A program made the translations under genes and the position numbers. This document shows, in pieces, positions 6,806 through 16,721 of a DNA stretch of 34,043 nt. The first letter of the stretch is position 1, and every line of letters begins with the position of its first letter. The stretch spans positions 1 to 34,043 of the IMG/VR virus record IMGVR_UViG_3300032269_000057; one strand, 5' to 3'. The notes beneath the pieces are model-generated. The model saw nothing but the letters and a program-made list of their open reading frames with translations, ran no database searches and was not told where the DNA came from. This DNA comes from a virus. Lineage: Duplodnaviria > Caudoviricetes.

Positions 6806-8141
6806 AATAAAGATTGAACTGGACTATAAGCCAAGGGATGTATTTATAGATTTCCACGAAAGAGAACAACGCTGGGCAGTCATTGTGGCGCATAGACGCT
6901 GTGGCAAAACTGTTGCTTGCATTAATGACCTTATTTATAGAGCTATTAATGAAGGCAAAGAAAATGCTCAATACGCATACATCGCCCCCTATTACTCCCA
7001 AAGTAAATCAGTTGCTTGGTCATATTTAAAGCGCTTTTCTGAGCCTTTAATGGTTAAAGCTAATGAGTCTGAGTTATGGGTAGAGCTTATTAATGGAGCA
7101 AAAATTAGGTTGTTTGGTGGGGATAACCCTGATGCGCTCCGTGGAAACTACCTTGATGGCTGCGTGATTGACGAAACTGGTGACACTCGCCCAAGACTAT
7201 GGGGAGAGGTGGTCAGGCCACTTTTGAGCGACAGAAAAGGGTGGTGCGTGTTTATTGGGACACCCAAAGGACATAACGGTTTTTATGAATTATATAAAAA
7301 TGCTACCCAAGACTCTGATTGGTATGTAAAGGTACTTAGAGCTAGTAATACAGGCGTTATTCCTATGGAAGAATTGCTCGACGCTAAGAAAACCATGACA
7401 GACGGTCAGTTTAGAGCAGAATTTGAGTGCGACTTTGAAGCTGAAATACTTGGCGCTATATACGGTGTCGAAATGCGTATGATTACCGACAACGGCAACA
7501 TTACGCCTATAGAATTTGACCCTATGTACCCCCTGTTTTCAAGTTGGGATTTGGGTTTTTCAGACGATACAAGCATTTGGACTTGGCAGGTATGTCATGG
7601 AGAGGTACGCTTTCTTGACTACCATTCAAGCAACGGTAAGTCCGTGCCATTCTATACAGCTTATATTGCACAGAAAGAAGCTGAATATGGAGTCAAATAT
7701 ACAACGCATTTTTTACCCCATGACGCTAGAGCAAAAACACTAGCAAGTGGTGGAAAGTCTATAATTGAGCAACTTTCTTTGAAAATTCCGTTAAAATGTA
7801 TGAAGATTGTGCCAAGTTTGTCACTTCAAGATGGAATTCAAGCAACTCGCATGATGTTATTGCGTAGTTGGTTTGACCCTAGATGTGAAGAAGGCATTGA
7901 ATGTTTGCGTCAATATCAGCGTGAGTATGACGAGGATAAGAAGATATTTAGAGATAAACCAAAACATGACTGGACATCTCATGGTGCAGATAGCGCTAGG
8001 ATGGCAGCTATAGCTTGGAGCGAAGAAGCAAGAATTCCCCAGAAAGATGACTCGATTAAGGGGCTAAGTGTAGGACAAACAGAGGTTTCGTTGAATGACT
8101 TGTGGAAAAGTAATCCCAAGCCAACAACAGGGAGAATTTGA
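6798..8141 (+). CDS. terL: Terminase large subunit
   Basis: Walker A HRRCGKT, Walker B CVIDE, GTPKG, nuclease WDLG..D and SHGADS. Confidence 0.95.
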   Translation: MDEIKIELDYKPRDVFIDFHEREQRWAVIVAHRRCGKTVACINDLIYRAINEGKENAQYAYIAPYYSQSKSVAWSYLKRFSEPLMVKANESELWVELINGAKIRLFGGDNPDALRGNYLDGCVIDETGDTRPRLWGEVVRPLLSDRKGWCVFIGTPKGHNGFYELYKNATQDSDWYVKVLRASNTGVIPMEELLDAKKTMTDGQFRAEFECDFEAEILGAIYGVEMRMITDNGNITPIEFDPMYPLFSSWDLGFSDDTSIWTWQVCHGEVRFLDYHSSNGKSVPFYTAYIAQKEAEYGVKYTTHFLPHDARAKTLASGGKSIIEQLSLKIPLKCMKIVPSLSLQDGIQATRMMLLRSWFDPRCEEGIECLRQYQREYDEDKKIFRDKPKHDWTSHGADSARMAAIAWSEEARIPQKDDSIKGLSVGQTEVSLNDLWKSNPKPTTGRI

Positions 8142-10435
8142 TGGCGAATGACAAAGGCACGGTAAATACCTCATACGAGGATTGGTATAACTGCATTATG
8201 GGTTACGAAAGAACCTATAAGCGTTGGGAAGCCAGAGTAGACCGTATTGTTAAAAAATACAAAGACGATAGCCGTTATGACCGCAACCCTAACGCCAGGT
8301 TTAATATCCTTTGGTCTAATGTCCAAACCATTACGCCAGCTATATTTGCAAGACTTCCAAGACCTGATGTAAGCCGCAGATTTAGAGATAACGACCCTAT
8401 TGGGCGTGTAGCCTCAATGATGCTTGAGCGTGCTTTAGAGTTTGAAATTGAACACTATGGTGACTACAAAGCTGCTATGAACAACAGCGTGTTAGACCGT
8501 TTGCTTGGTGGGCGTGGTGTTAGTTGGGTACGCTATGAGCCACACATTGTTGGCGAAATGGAAGATGAAGCCGATGGTGCACCTGATGATGGTTACCAAG
8601 TTACCGAAGATACAGATGAAGCTGAAACCGAAGGCGGTATTGAGAATGAAAACCCAGAGCGCATTGAGTATGAGTGCTGCCCTGTAGATTATGTCCATTG
8701 GAAAGACTTTGGACATACCGTTGCTAGAACTTGGGAAGAAGTAACTGCCGTATGGCGTAAAGTTTATATGACTCGCCCAGCATTGGTTGAGCGTTTTGGC
8801 GAAGATTTAGGTTATAAAATACCATTAGACACAAAGCCTGATGATTTAAAACAGTCTTACAAGTCTAACGATGGTGTTTACGAGGCGGTCATTTATGAAA
8901 TCTGGGACAAAGAAACAGGAAAAGTATGCTGGTTATCTAAGTCCCTCGGAAAGATATTGGATGAGCGTGATGACCCATTGGGCCTTGAAAACTTCTGGCC
9001 TTGTCCAAAGCCTTTATATTCAACCATTACTACTGACTCCCTTGAGCCTATTCCTGACTTTGTTATATACCAAGACCAGGCAAGAGAATTAGACGCATTA
9101 TGTGACCGCATTGATGGATTGATTAACGCCCTTAAAGTGCGTGGTGTATATGATGCCTCGGCTTCTGAACTACAGCGCTTATTCTCAGAAGGCGAAAACA
9201 ACACCTTAATTCCAGTACATAATTGGATGGCTTTTGCTGAGAAGCAAGGCATGAAAGGCGCTATTGACCTTGTAGACATTACCCCATTTGCCCAAGCATT
9301 ACAGCAATGCTATCAAGCAATGGAACAAGTTAAGGGTCAAATCTATGAATTGATGGGAATTGCCGATATTCAGCGTGGTCAAACAGACCCTAATGAAACA
9401 TTGGGCGCACAAATCATTAAATCTAACAATGCTGCTGGTCGCCTAAAGACTATGCAACACGCAGTTGTAGACTTTGCTACCTCTTTATTGTCAATTAAAG
9501 CGCAAATTATCTGTAACCACTTTACTGATGACACGCTAATTAAGATTTCTGGCGCAATGCAGTTATCTGACAATGATAAACAGCTAATTCCACAGGCTAT
9601 TGCCTTATTGCGTGATGAAGCAAGCAAGAATTTCCGCATAGAAGTAACCTCTGACTCGATGATTTACCAAGATGAACAGCAAGAAAAGGCTGATAGAACC
9701 GCTTTCTTAGCTGCAATTGGTCAATTTACACAAATGGCTATGCCAGCAGCGCAACAAGCACCTGAATTAGTGCCTATGCTCATGGAAATGCTCAAGTTTG
9801 GCGTAACAGCGTTTAAAGCTGGTAAGCAATTAGAAGGAATTATTGACGAAACTGCTGATAAATTCCGTGAACAGGCTAAAGCTGCTGAAGGTCAACCTAA
9901 ACAGCCACCTTTAGAAATTCAGAAGGTACAAATGGAGCAACAAGCCGAAATGCAAAAGCTACAAATGCAGTCACAGCTTGAACAGCAGAAGATGGCTTCT
10001 ACAATGGAGCTAGAAAAGGCTAAACAAGAGTACCAAGCGCAAGAAAATCAACTTAAATTCCAGTTGGAAGAACAGCGTAACCGTGCGCAAATTGAGTCAC
10101 AAATGCAATTAGAGCAAATGAAGATGGACTCTGAGAATAACAAGGAATTGTTGCTGGCTTACCTTAACAATGCGGCTAAAATAGAAACTACCCGTATTTC
10201 TTCTGGTTTAGATAGCGGTGAAATTGCCTACCAAGACAATGTCAACATGGCTAACATTTTGCAAGACGCTTTAGGATATTCAAATATGAAAAACCACCCA
10301 TTACAACCTGCCATTGAAAATATGCAGACTTCTAACCAACAATTAGCTGAATTGTTAGCTATGTTGCTAGACAAGTTGAATAAGCCAAAAACAGTTATTC
10401 GTGATGAAAACGGCAAAATTGTAGGGGTACATTAA
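8141..10435 (+). CDS. Portal protein
   Basis: 764 aa directly after terL; Gln-rich coiled-coil C-terminus as in P22-like portals. Confidence 0.85.
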   Translation: MANDKGTVNTSYEDWYNCIMGYERTYKRWEARVDRIVKKYKDDSRYDRNPNARFNILWSNVQTITPAIFARLPRPDVSRRFRDNDPIGRVASMMLERALEFEIEHYGDYKAAMNNSVLDRLLGGRGVSWVRYEPHIVGEMEDEADGAPDDGYQVTEDTDEAETEGGIENENPERIEYECCPVDYVHWKDFGHTVARTWEEVTAVWRKVYMTRPALVERFGEDLGYKIPLDTKPDDLKQSYKSNDGVYEAVIYEIWDKETGKVCWLSKSLGKILDERDDPLGLENFWPCPKPLYSTITTDSLEPIPDFVIYQDQARELDALCDRIDGLINALKVRGVYDASASELQRLFSEGENNTLIPVHNWMAFAEKQGMKGAIDLVDITPFAQALQQCYQAMEQVKGQIYELMGIADIQRGQTDPNETLGAQIIKSNNAAGRLKTMQHAVVDFATSLLSIKAQIICNHFTDDTLIKISGAMQLSDNDKQLIPQAIALLRDEASKNFRIEVTSDSMIYQDEQQEKADRTAFLAAIGQFTQMAMPAAQQAPELVPMLMEMLKFGVTAFKAGKQLEGIIDETADKFREQAKAAEGQPKQPPLEIQKVQMEQQAEMQKLQMQSQLEQQKMASTMELEKAKQEYQAQENQLKFQLEEQRNRAQIESQMQLEQMKMDSENNKELLLAYLNNAAKIETTRISSGLDSGEIAYQDNVNMANILQDALGYSNMKNHPLQPAIENMQTSNQQLAELLAMLLDKLNKPKTVIRDENGKIVGVH

Positions 10436-12762
10436 TGGCTATTACCGTAAAACACAGTAAGGTATCAACAATACCTGACGATGCAGACACATCGTTAGTA
10501 CGCCCAAGTGATTGGAATGCAGACCACACGCTAACTGGTACAGTCCCAGTAGCTAACGGTGGTACTGGCGCAGCTACCCTTACTGGTTATGTATATGGCA
10601 ATGGTACGGCAGCGATGACTGCTAGTACGACTATTCCTAGTGGTGATGTTTCTGGCCTTGGCACAATGGCAACGCAAAACGCCAATGCTGTAGCGGTTAC
10701 AGGTGGAAGCATTAATGGTACAACCGTAGGAGCAACAACAGCTTCTAGCGGTGCTTTTACTTATGCTTCTACTAGCTCGTCAACTAACACTACTCCAGTA
10801 CTAAGTTATAACGCTTCAAACTGTAACTTTTCTTTAGGCGGCACAACAGCAAGCACTTATTTACAAGCAGTAATGCAAAACAAAAGCGGTACTGCTGGTG
10901 CTTCTACAAACTTTGCAGTAAGTAACGACTTAGGTACAGACTCAACCTATTACGGTGAGTTTGGTATGAATTCCTCAGTATTTAGTACTGGGACACCTGC
11001 TGACTTCTTTAGCCTTAATAATGGTATTTATTATTCTGGACATGACGGTGATATTACTTATGGGTCTGGTAATGGTTATAAGACCTTTTTAGCTTGGGGT
11101 ACTACTGGACAGTCTGCCCATGTGATTAATGCTTCAGGCGCTATTGGTTTAAATACCAACATTACAGGCACAACTAACTTTGGTACATCAGGTCAAGTAT
11201 TAACTTCTGCTGGTTCTTCAGCAACTCCTACATGGACTACACCAACTACAGGTTCTGTTACTAGCGTAGCCCAATCATTTACAGGTGGCATTATTTCTGT
11301 TGGTGGCTCACCTATTACTACTTCAGGAACATTAGCCTTAACTGTAGCTGGTACTTCAGGTGGTATACCTTACTTTTCAAGCAACACTACTTGGGCTACT
11401 TCTGCTGCATTAACCGCTAATGCTTTAATGATAGGTGGTGGCGCTGGTGTTGCCCCTTCTACTATTACTACAGGCACAGGTGTAAACACTGCTCTTGGTG
11501 TAAATACTGGTTCTGCTGGCGCATTTGTAGTAAATGGTGGCTCATTAGGTACTCCGTCTAGCGGAACAGTAACTAACTTAACTGGTACAGCGTCAATTAA
11601 TATTAATGGTACTGTAGGCGCTACTACAGCCAACACAGGTGCATTTACTACATTATCAGCAAGCAGCCAACTCACACTTACCAATGCAAGTGACTATAAC
11701 TTGTATGCTAGTGGTGCTGGTGCTAACTATATGGCTGGCGCTTTGGGAATTGGAAGCACTACGCTTACACAATATGGTTTGAGAATTGGAAAAACAATTA
11801 CTGGTGCAACAACTTCATTTGGCGCTCGAATTGATGGAATAATTCAATCAGATGTTACAGCAAATGCTACATTTTTTTCTACTAATGCAGTTACAGCCGC
11901 AGCTTCATTTACTTGTGGTTTGCTTTACCATTTTCAAGCTACTCAAGGTACGCTTGGTGCTGGTTCTGCGGTTACTACTCAAGTAGGATATTTTGCAAGC
12001 TCAAACTTATTAAGTGCTACCAATAACTACGCTTTTCAAGGAGCTACAGCAGCAGCCACAGGCGCTTATAACCTTTATATGTCAGGCACAGCCGACAATT
12101 ACATTGCTGGTAATTTAGGTATTGGTAGCGTTTCAGGGCTTTCTACAGCCACTATATTACTTTCCAAAGCAGTTACAGGCGGTACTGTTGCGTATTCACA
12201 ATTAATTAACCCTACTGTTTTGTCTGATGTAACATCAACGGCATCAGGTGTAAGAACTTCAATATCAACTGCAGCATCAGCATTTACTTTAGCAACTTTA
12301 TTGCATTTTAGGGCTTCACAAGCAACTATAGGTTCTGGTTCAGCAGTAACTACTCAAGCTGGATTTTTAGCTGACTCTACAATAATAGGCGCTACTAATA
12401 ACTATGGGTTTAGAGGTCAAATAGCAGCAGCCACAGGTCGCTATAACCTTTATATGGATGGTACTGCTGCCAATTACTTTGGTGGCGATATGCAGTTTAA
12501 TAAAACTGTTACCGCAGCAGGTACTACTGGCGCACAAACCATTAGTAAAAATGCTGGTACTGTAAACTTTGCTGCTGCTGCTACCTCTTTAGTAGTAACT
12601 AATACCCTTGTTACAGCTAACAGTATTATTATCTGCACAGTAGGTACAAACGACACTACTATGAAATCTGTAAGCGCTGTAGCTGCGGCTGGTTCATTTA
12701 CCATCTACAGTAACGCTGCGGCAACCGCAGAAACCCGTGTCAACTTTATTGTGATTAATTAA
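10435..12762 (+). CDS. Tail fibre / virion appendage protein
   Basis: T/G/A/S-rich; VRPSDWNADH N-terminus; VANGGTGA motif; internal ~124-aa repeats. Confidence 0.75.
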   Translation: MAITVKHSKVSTIPDDADTSLVRPSDWNADHTLTGTVPVANGGTGAATLTGYVYGNGTAAMTASTTIPSGDVSGLGTMATQNANAVAVTGGSINGTTVGATTASSGAFTYASTSSSTNTTPVLSYNASNCNFSLGGTTASTYLQAVMQNKSGTAGASTNFAVSNDLGTDSTYYGEFGMNSSVFSTGTPADFFSLNNGIYYSGHDGDITYGSGNGYKTFLAWGTTGQSAHVINASGAIGLNTNITGTTNFGTSGQVLTSAGSSATPTWTTPTTGSVTSVAQSFTGGIISVGGSPITTSGTLALTVAGTSGGIPYFSSNTTWATSAALTANALMIGGGAGVAPSTITTGTGVNTALGVNTGSAGAFVVNGGSLGTPSSGTVTNLTGTASININGTVGATTANTGAFTTLSASSQLTLTNASDYNLYASGAGANYMAGALGIGSTTLTQYGLRIGKTITGATTSFGARIDGIIQSDVTANATFFSTNAVTAAASFTCGLLYHFQATQGTLGAGSAVTTQVGYFASSNLLSATNNYAFQGATAAATGAYNLYMSGTADNYIAGNLGIGSVSGLSTATILLSKAVTGGTVAYSQLINPTVLSDVTSTASGVRTSISTAASAFTLATLLHFRASQATIGSGSAVTTQAGFLADSTIIGATNNYGFRGQIAAATGRYNLYMDGTAANYFGGDMQFNKTVTAAGTTGAQTISKNAGTVNFAAAATSLVVTNTLVTANSIIICTVGTNDTTMKSVSAVAAAGSFTIYSNAAATAETRVNFIVIN

Positions 12763-12763
12763 T

Positions 12764-12991
12764 ATGCTGACATACTTAGATAATATATTTCGTGCCTTTA
12801 CACAGGCTATAAATACCATTATTTTCTTTGGCGACAGTCAAGAGTCTTTGTCTGCCCGTTGCTGGAGAAACCAATGGGCAATAGGTATTAAAATCATAAA
12901 TACCTTGTTTTTTTGGCAAAATAACCATTGCCGAGGCGCTTATTCTAAGGATTTAGAGTGGGCAAAGAAATACATTAACCAAGGAAATTAA
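12764..12991 (+). CDS. Hypothetical protein (fibre-associated)
   Basis: ESLSARCWR...FFWQNNHC; directly follows the fibre gene. Confidence 0.7.
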   Translation: MLTYLDNIFRAFTQAINTIIFFGDSQESLSARCWRNQWAIGIKIINTLFFWQNNHCRGAYSKDLEWAKKYINQGN

Positions 12992-13291
12992 ATGAATACT
13001 TATGTTTATGCAGTAACCAATATGCAGCGTGATTTGGCTACTGGTATTGTAGTTTCAGCAGAATTTACCGTAACAGCTTCAAACGGTACTGCCAGCTTTA
13101 CTACCAATAACCAAACCGCTTTCCCATACCCAAAAGCTGACCCTACTCCTTATGACGAATTGACTGAAGCTGATGTCATTATTTGGATTAAAGAGCTAGT
13201 TGGCACACAGTCTGAAGAACAAGCTGACGCAGAATTAGAGGCTTATATTATTCGTTCAGCCAATGTTGTAGTAAGTGGTGTACCTTGGTAA
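12992..13291 (+). CDS. Hypothetical protein, possible fibre chaperone
   Basis: AAGGA RBS; PYDELTEADVIIWI and terminal GVPW motifs. Confidence 0.7.
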   Translation: MNTYVYAVTNMQRDLATGIVVSAEFTVTASNGTASFTTNNQTAFPYPKADPTPYDELTEADVIIWIKELVGTQSEEQADAELEAYIIRSANVVVSGVPW

Positions 13292-13380
13292 TAACCCTAA
13301 TTGTTATTTTGTTATGCGTCCTTACCTATATGGTGCATGACTTTATAAACAATTCTTTTGAATAACTAACTAGGTAAATA

Positions 13381-13536
13381 ATGGAAAAAACTATCATTAA
13401 ACTTGAATTAACGGCTGAAGAAGTAAATGCGGTATTAAATGTTTTAGGCGAATTACCAACTAAAACTGGGGCATTTCCATTGGTTGTCAAGATTAAAGAA
13501 CAGGCAGACCCTCAACTTCCTAAAAAAGAAGATTAA
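13381..13536 (+). CDS. Small hypothetical protein (51 aa, MEKTIIKLELTAEEVN...LGELPTKTGAFPL)
   Basis: AGGT RBS; fills the gap; not in the ORF track. Confidence 0.75.
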   Translation: MEKTIIKLELTAEEVNAVLNVLGELPTKTGAFPLVVKIKEQADPQLPKKED

Positions 13537-13537
13537 C

Positions 13538-13867
13538 ATGACATATTTTGCTAAATGCGTACAAACTGCTGAAGCTGGCATATTTGATGTAACAGAGGTC
13601 ATTCGTGCAGACCAAGAGTTTGTTGACACACAACCTGGCTTTTGGGTATTGACTGATTACAACACTTATGGAAATGTGCATTACGCACCTTCCCCTCCAG
13701 CAGAGCCACATACGCCTGATGGTTTACCCCCTGTGCGTGGAAACTACGCTGGCATTGGCTTTACTTATGACTCTGTAAATGATGTGTTTTATGCTCCTAA
13801 ACCTACAGAACCAGGTAATTGGGTATTAAATACTTCAACTTGGCTTTGGGAAGATTTGCCAGCCTAA
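13538..13867 (+). CDS. Hypothetical virion-associated protein
   Basis: MTYFAK start; RGNYAGIGFTYD...DVFYAPKP...W.LN..TWLWE motif. Confidence 0.8.
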   Translation: MTYFAKCVQTAEAGIFDVTEVIRADQEFVDTQPGFWVLTDYNTYGNVHYAPSPPAEPHTPDGLPPVRGNYAGIGFTYDSVNDVFYAPKPTEPGNWVLNTSTWLWEDLPA

Positions 13868-14340
13868 TGTTTCAAACTGCTTTCCAGCGCAATGCGTTTC
13901 AAAATAACGCATTTCAAATCACCATTAACCCTACAAAGGTTGGTGGTGATGATGCGCCTTGGACTAGGGAAGAACTAAAGCGTCTTAAAGCAATACAAAA
14001 GAAACTGCGCCAAGCAGAAGAAAAGCGTATTGCTGCATTAAAGACTTTTGGAGAAAACCGTAAACAAGCCATTGCTGATTTAGTTGACCCACAACCAAAA
14101 GTAAGCAAACGCAAACAAAAAGAATTACAATCTAATCAAGCAGTTAGCGCTGATACACCGTCACAGCTAGCAAATATAGACAGGTACATCGCTAATCTTG
14201 TTAAACAGCAACAAGACTTGCAAACCGCAGTAGCTATGAAGGGCGCTAAATTCCGCTTAGAGCAAGAATTAGCAGTCTTAGAAGCTAAACGGCAAGCAGA
14301 ATTAGACGATGAGGAAGCATTATTAGCACTAATAACTTAA
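13867..14340 (+). CDS. Hypothetical protein with N-terminal AFQ repeats and an acidic DDEEALL C-terminus
   Basis: TAATG overlap gives the start MFQTAFQRNAFQNNAFQI. Confidence 0.75.
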   Translation: MFQTAFQRNAFQNNAFQITINPTKVGGDDAPWTREELKRLKAIQKKLRQAEEKRIAALKTFGENRKQAIADLVDPQPKVSKRKQKELQSNQAVSADTPSQLANIDRYIANLVKQQQDLQTAVAMKGAKFRLEQELAVLEAKRQAELDDEEALLALIT

Positions 14341-15233
14341 ACCCACACGCAGAATATAAAAAGGCTTACGAACACCTACACGCTGGGCGTTATGACGCTG
14401 GTTTTAGGCTATTTGAATACCGTTGGCATCCTGAAATACTTGCCAACCAAGTAAGTCCTTATACCCAAAAGCCTAAAGGCCCTGTTGTTTGGCGTGGCGA
14501 GTCCCTTTTAAACAAGTCTATTGTTATTCAAATGGAGCAAGGCTTTGGCGACATATTTATGTTTGCTAGGTTTTTACCATTTTTAAAGGTAATGGGCGCA
14601 AAAAAGGTAGTTTTACTTACGCATGGCTCATTGCTTAGTCTTTTAGGGCAATTTGAGTGTATAGATGTGCTGACAAACCAGCCAGAATGTCCTGATGTGG
14701 TCGAATGTGACTACTGGTTAGGCAATATGAGCCTTCCTTACTATATTGCTTGCTCTAACAAGTATGCAAAGTCATTATTCCCCATTACAACCAAGAAAAT
14801 AGTAGGCTCTGAAGGGTATATGGATGCTAAACCTTCCAATATTGAACCCAAAATAGGCGTTAATTGGGGCGCTAGTCGCAACATTCTATTTCATATTAAG
14901 TCTATTCCTGACCACCAAATGTACAAGCTAGTAGGGGATAACGCTTATAGTCTTTCACCAGAGCATGACGGCTTTTTTCACCCTTTGCCTGACGATGGCT
15001 GGAAAACAGATTGGGCGGTCACAGCAAGCCATATGAAGGCTATGAAAGGCATAATCACAGTTGACACAGGAACGGCTCACCTTGCAGGCGCATTGGGCGT
15101 TAAAACCATAGTCTTGTTACCTCAAGAAGAATACATTTGTTGGCGTTGGAAAAATGGTAGTTGGTACGACTCAGTTATTGCACTGCGTCAAGAAGAATAT
15201 GAGCGTGTACCCGATTTGATAAGGAGAATGTAA
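14322..15233 (+). CDS. GT-B fold glycosyltransferase (GT9-like); true start upstream of the ATG at 14532 and non-canonical
   Basis: EQGFGD, ITVDTGTAHLAGALG and WRW..WYDS motifs; the frame is open from 14313 and encodes family-typical GF.LFEYRW...WRGESL; start coordinate uncertain. Confidence 0.8.
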   Translation: MSTNNLNPHAEYKKAYEHLHAGRYDAGFRLFEYRWHPEILANQVSPYTQKPKGPVVWRGESLLNKSIVIQMEQGFGDIFMFARFLPFLKVMGAKKVVLLTHGSLLSLLGQFECIDVLTNQPECPDVVECDYWLGNMSLPYYIACSNKYAKSLFPITTKKIVGSEGYMDAKPSNIEPKIGVNWGASRNILFHIKSIPDHQMYKLVGDNAYSLSPEHDGFFHPLPDDGWKTDWAVTASHMKAMKGIITVDTGTAHLAGALGVKTIVLLPQEEYICWRWKNGSWYDSVIALRQEEYERVPDLIRRM

Positions 15234-15610
15234 TGATTTGCCCTAAATGCGGTTATTCAGAAGGTAACTATATAGAAGTTAAGCAGTCAGATGAGGACTT
15301 TTTTATTGAATGGTGGACTCCTACTATTGGCGAAGAAGCGGCTAAAGCCTCCTGGTTAGACAAAGTTGCTATGAAAACTAGGGCTGCCCCTACTGTTATT
15401 TCTGACATACCTGGTCATATTTCAATGGCTGATGGCACATGGGTAGATAGTCGGTCAAAGCATAGAGAAAACCTAAAGCGTAATGGTTGCGTAGAATTAG
15501 GTAACGATGTACCAATGCAGCGCCCAGAAGCAACTATTAGCACAAAGTCCCAAGAAGCAAGAAAGCGTCAAATTGCGGAACTGGCTTATGCAAAACTTAA
15601 CTACCGATAA
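15233..15610 (+). CDS. Hypothetical protein with an N-terminal CxxC
   Basis: AGGAG RBS; CPKC; DGTWVDSRSKHRENLKRNGCVELGND. Confidence 0.8.
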   Translation: MICPKCGYSEGNYIEVKQSDEDFFIEWWTPTIGEEAAKASWLDKVAMKTRAAPTVISDIPGHISMADGTWVDSRSKHRENLKRNGCVELGNDVPMQRPEATISTKSQEARKRQIAELAYAKLNYR

Positions 15611-15622
15611 CTTGGAGAAATT

Positions 15623-16699
15623 ATGTCAGATGAACAACTAGACCGCAGAGAGCAATTAATGGCAGCAATGGAAGCTGCTGAAGAAGGCACTTTAGAAGCC
15701 CCAAAGGAGGTAGAAATTGACCAAGAACCCTTGGAAGCAAAAGCGTTTGTGGAAACAGATAATGCCGAACAGTCCATTAAAACGCAAACTAGCAATGCAG
15801 ATGACGAAAGAATTGCCGAAGATATTTCAACTGATGAATATACGGAGTCGGATGAAGAACCGCAGGAAAAGCTTGTAACACGCCCTTCTACATGGAAAAA
15901 AGAATATGTCCAAATTTGGGACAAAATGGAAGCTGGCGAGCAAATTAGCAAAGAAGATTTTACTAAGTTTGCCGAATATGCTAACCAGCGTGAGTCAGAA
16001 TATAAGAAAGGCGTAAGCACTTATAAGGCTGAAGCTGACCGTGCTAGAGGCTATGAAGAAGCCATTGCACCTTTTATTCCTGAGTTACAAGCACAGAATA
16101 TTAGCCCTGCCGCATGGATTAATAACCTTGGCAGAGCGCACATGGTTTTGTCAAAAGCACCGTATGAGCAAAAAGTTGAGATGTTTCAAAGACTTGCACA
16201 AGATTATGGAATACAATTAAATGGTGAGAGTTTAGGAGTACAACAAACTGACCCCTATACTCAACAGTTAATGAACCAGTTAAATATGGTAAACCAAGAG
16301 GTTTCCACTATTAAAAACAGGTTTGCACAAGAAGAACAATCTCGATTAATGTCTGAGATTGAACGAGTAAGAAGTGATGTGGAGAAGTTTCCGCATTTTG
16401 ATGTGGTTAGGGAAGAAATGGCTCAATTACTTGAGTTAGGGAAAGCCCCAGACTTGGAAACGGCCTACAAGAAAGCCGTGCGTATGAATGATGATGTATG
16501 GGCATTAGAGCAAGAACGACTCCTTGCTAGCGCCAGACAAACATCAAGCAAAGCACAGCAAGTAGCGAAGGCTAAGACTGTTGCAGTCAGTCCGAAGTCC
16601 TCTACTCCTAGAGGAAATGTGACAAACACAACAGAGAAAAAGGACAGGCGGTCTTTAATTGCTGACCAATTAGGTGAGGCAATGAGCCGCAGGGTTTAA
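15623..16699 (+). CDS. Capsid scaffolding protein
   Basis: Acidic N-terminus, helical, immediately upstream of the capsid gene. Confidence 0.75.
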   Translation: MSDEQLDRREQLMAAMEAAEEGTLEAPKEVEIDQEPLEAKAFVETDNAEQSIKTQTSNADDERIAEDISTDEYTESDEEPQEKLVTRPSTWKKEYVQIWDKMEAGEQISKEDFTKFAEYANQRESEYKKGVSTYKAEADRARGYEEAIAPFIPELQAQNISPAAWINNLGRAHMVLSKAPYEQKVEMFQRLAQDYGIQLNGESLGVQQTDPYTQQLMNQLNMVNQEVSTIKNRFAQEEQSRLMSEIERVRSDVEKFPHFDVVREEMAQLLELGKAPDLETAYKKAVRMNDDVWALEQERLLASARQTSSKAQQVAKAKTVAVSPKSSTPRGNVTNTTEKKDRRSLIADQLGEAMSRRV

Positions 16700-16721
16700 C
16701 TTAATTTAAAGGAAATTTATC

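Noticed and set aside
11695-12480. Diversity-generating retroelement TR/VR pair in the fibre gene
   Set aside because: Repeats are in-frame protein repeats diverged at all bases, not adenine-specific; no reverse transcriptase in the genome
14309-14326. Mini-ORF MRKHY* feeding the glycosyltransferase by a +1 frameshift
   Set aside because: Re-pairing from TAT to ATT is implausible and the mini-ORF has no RBS
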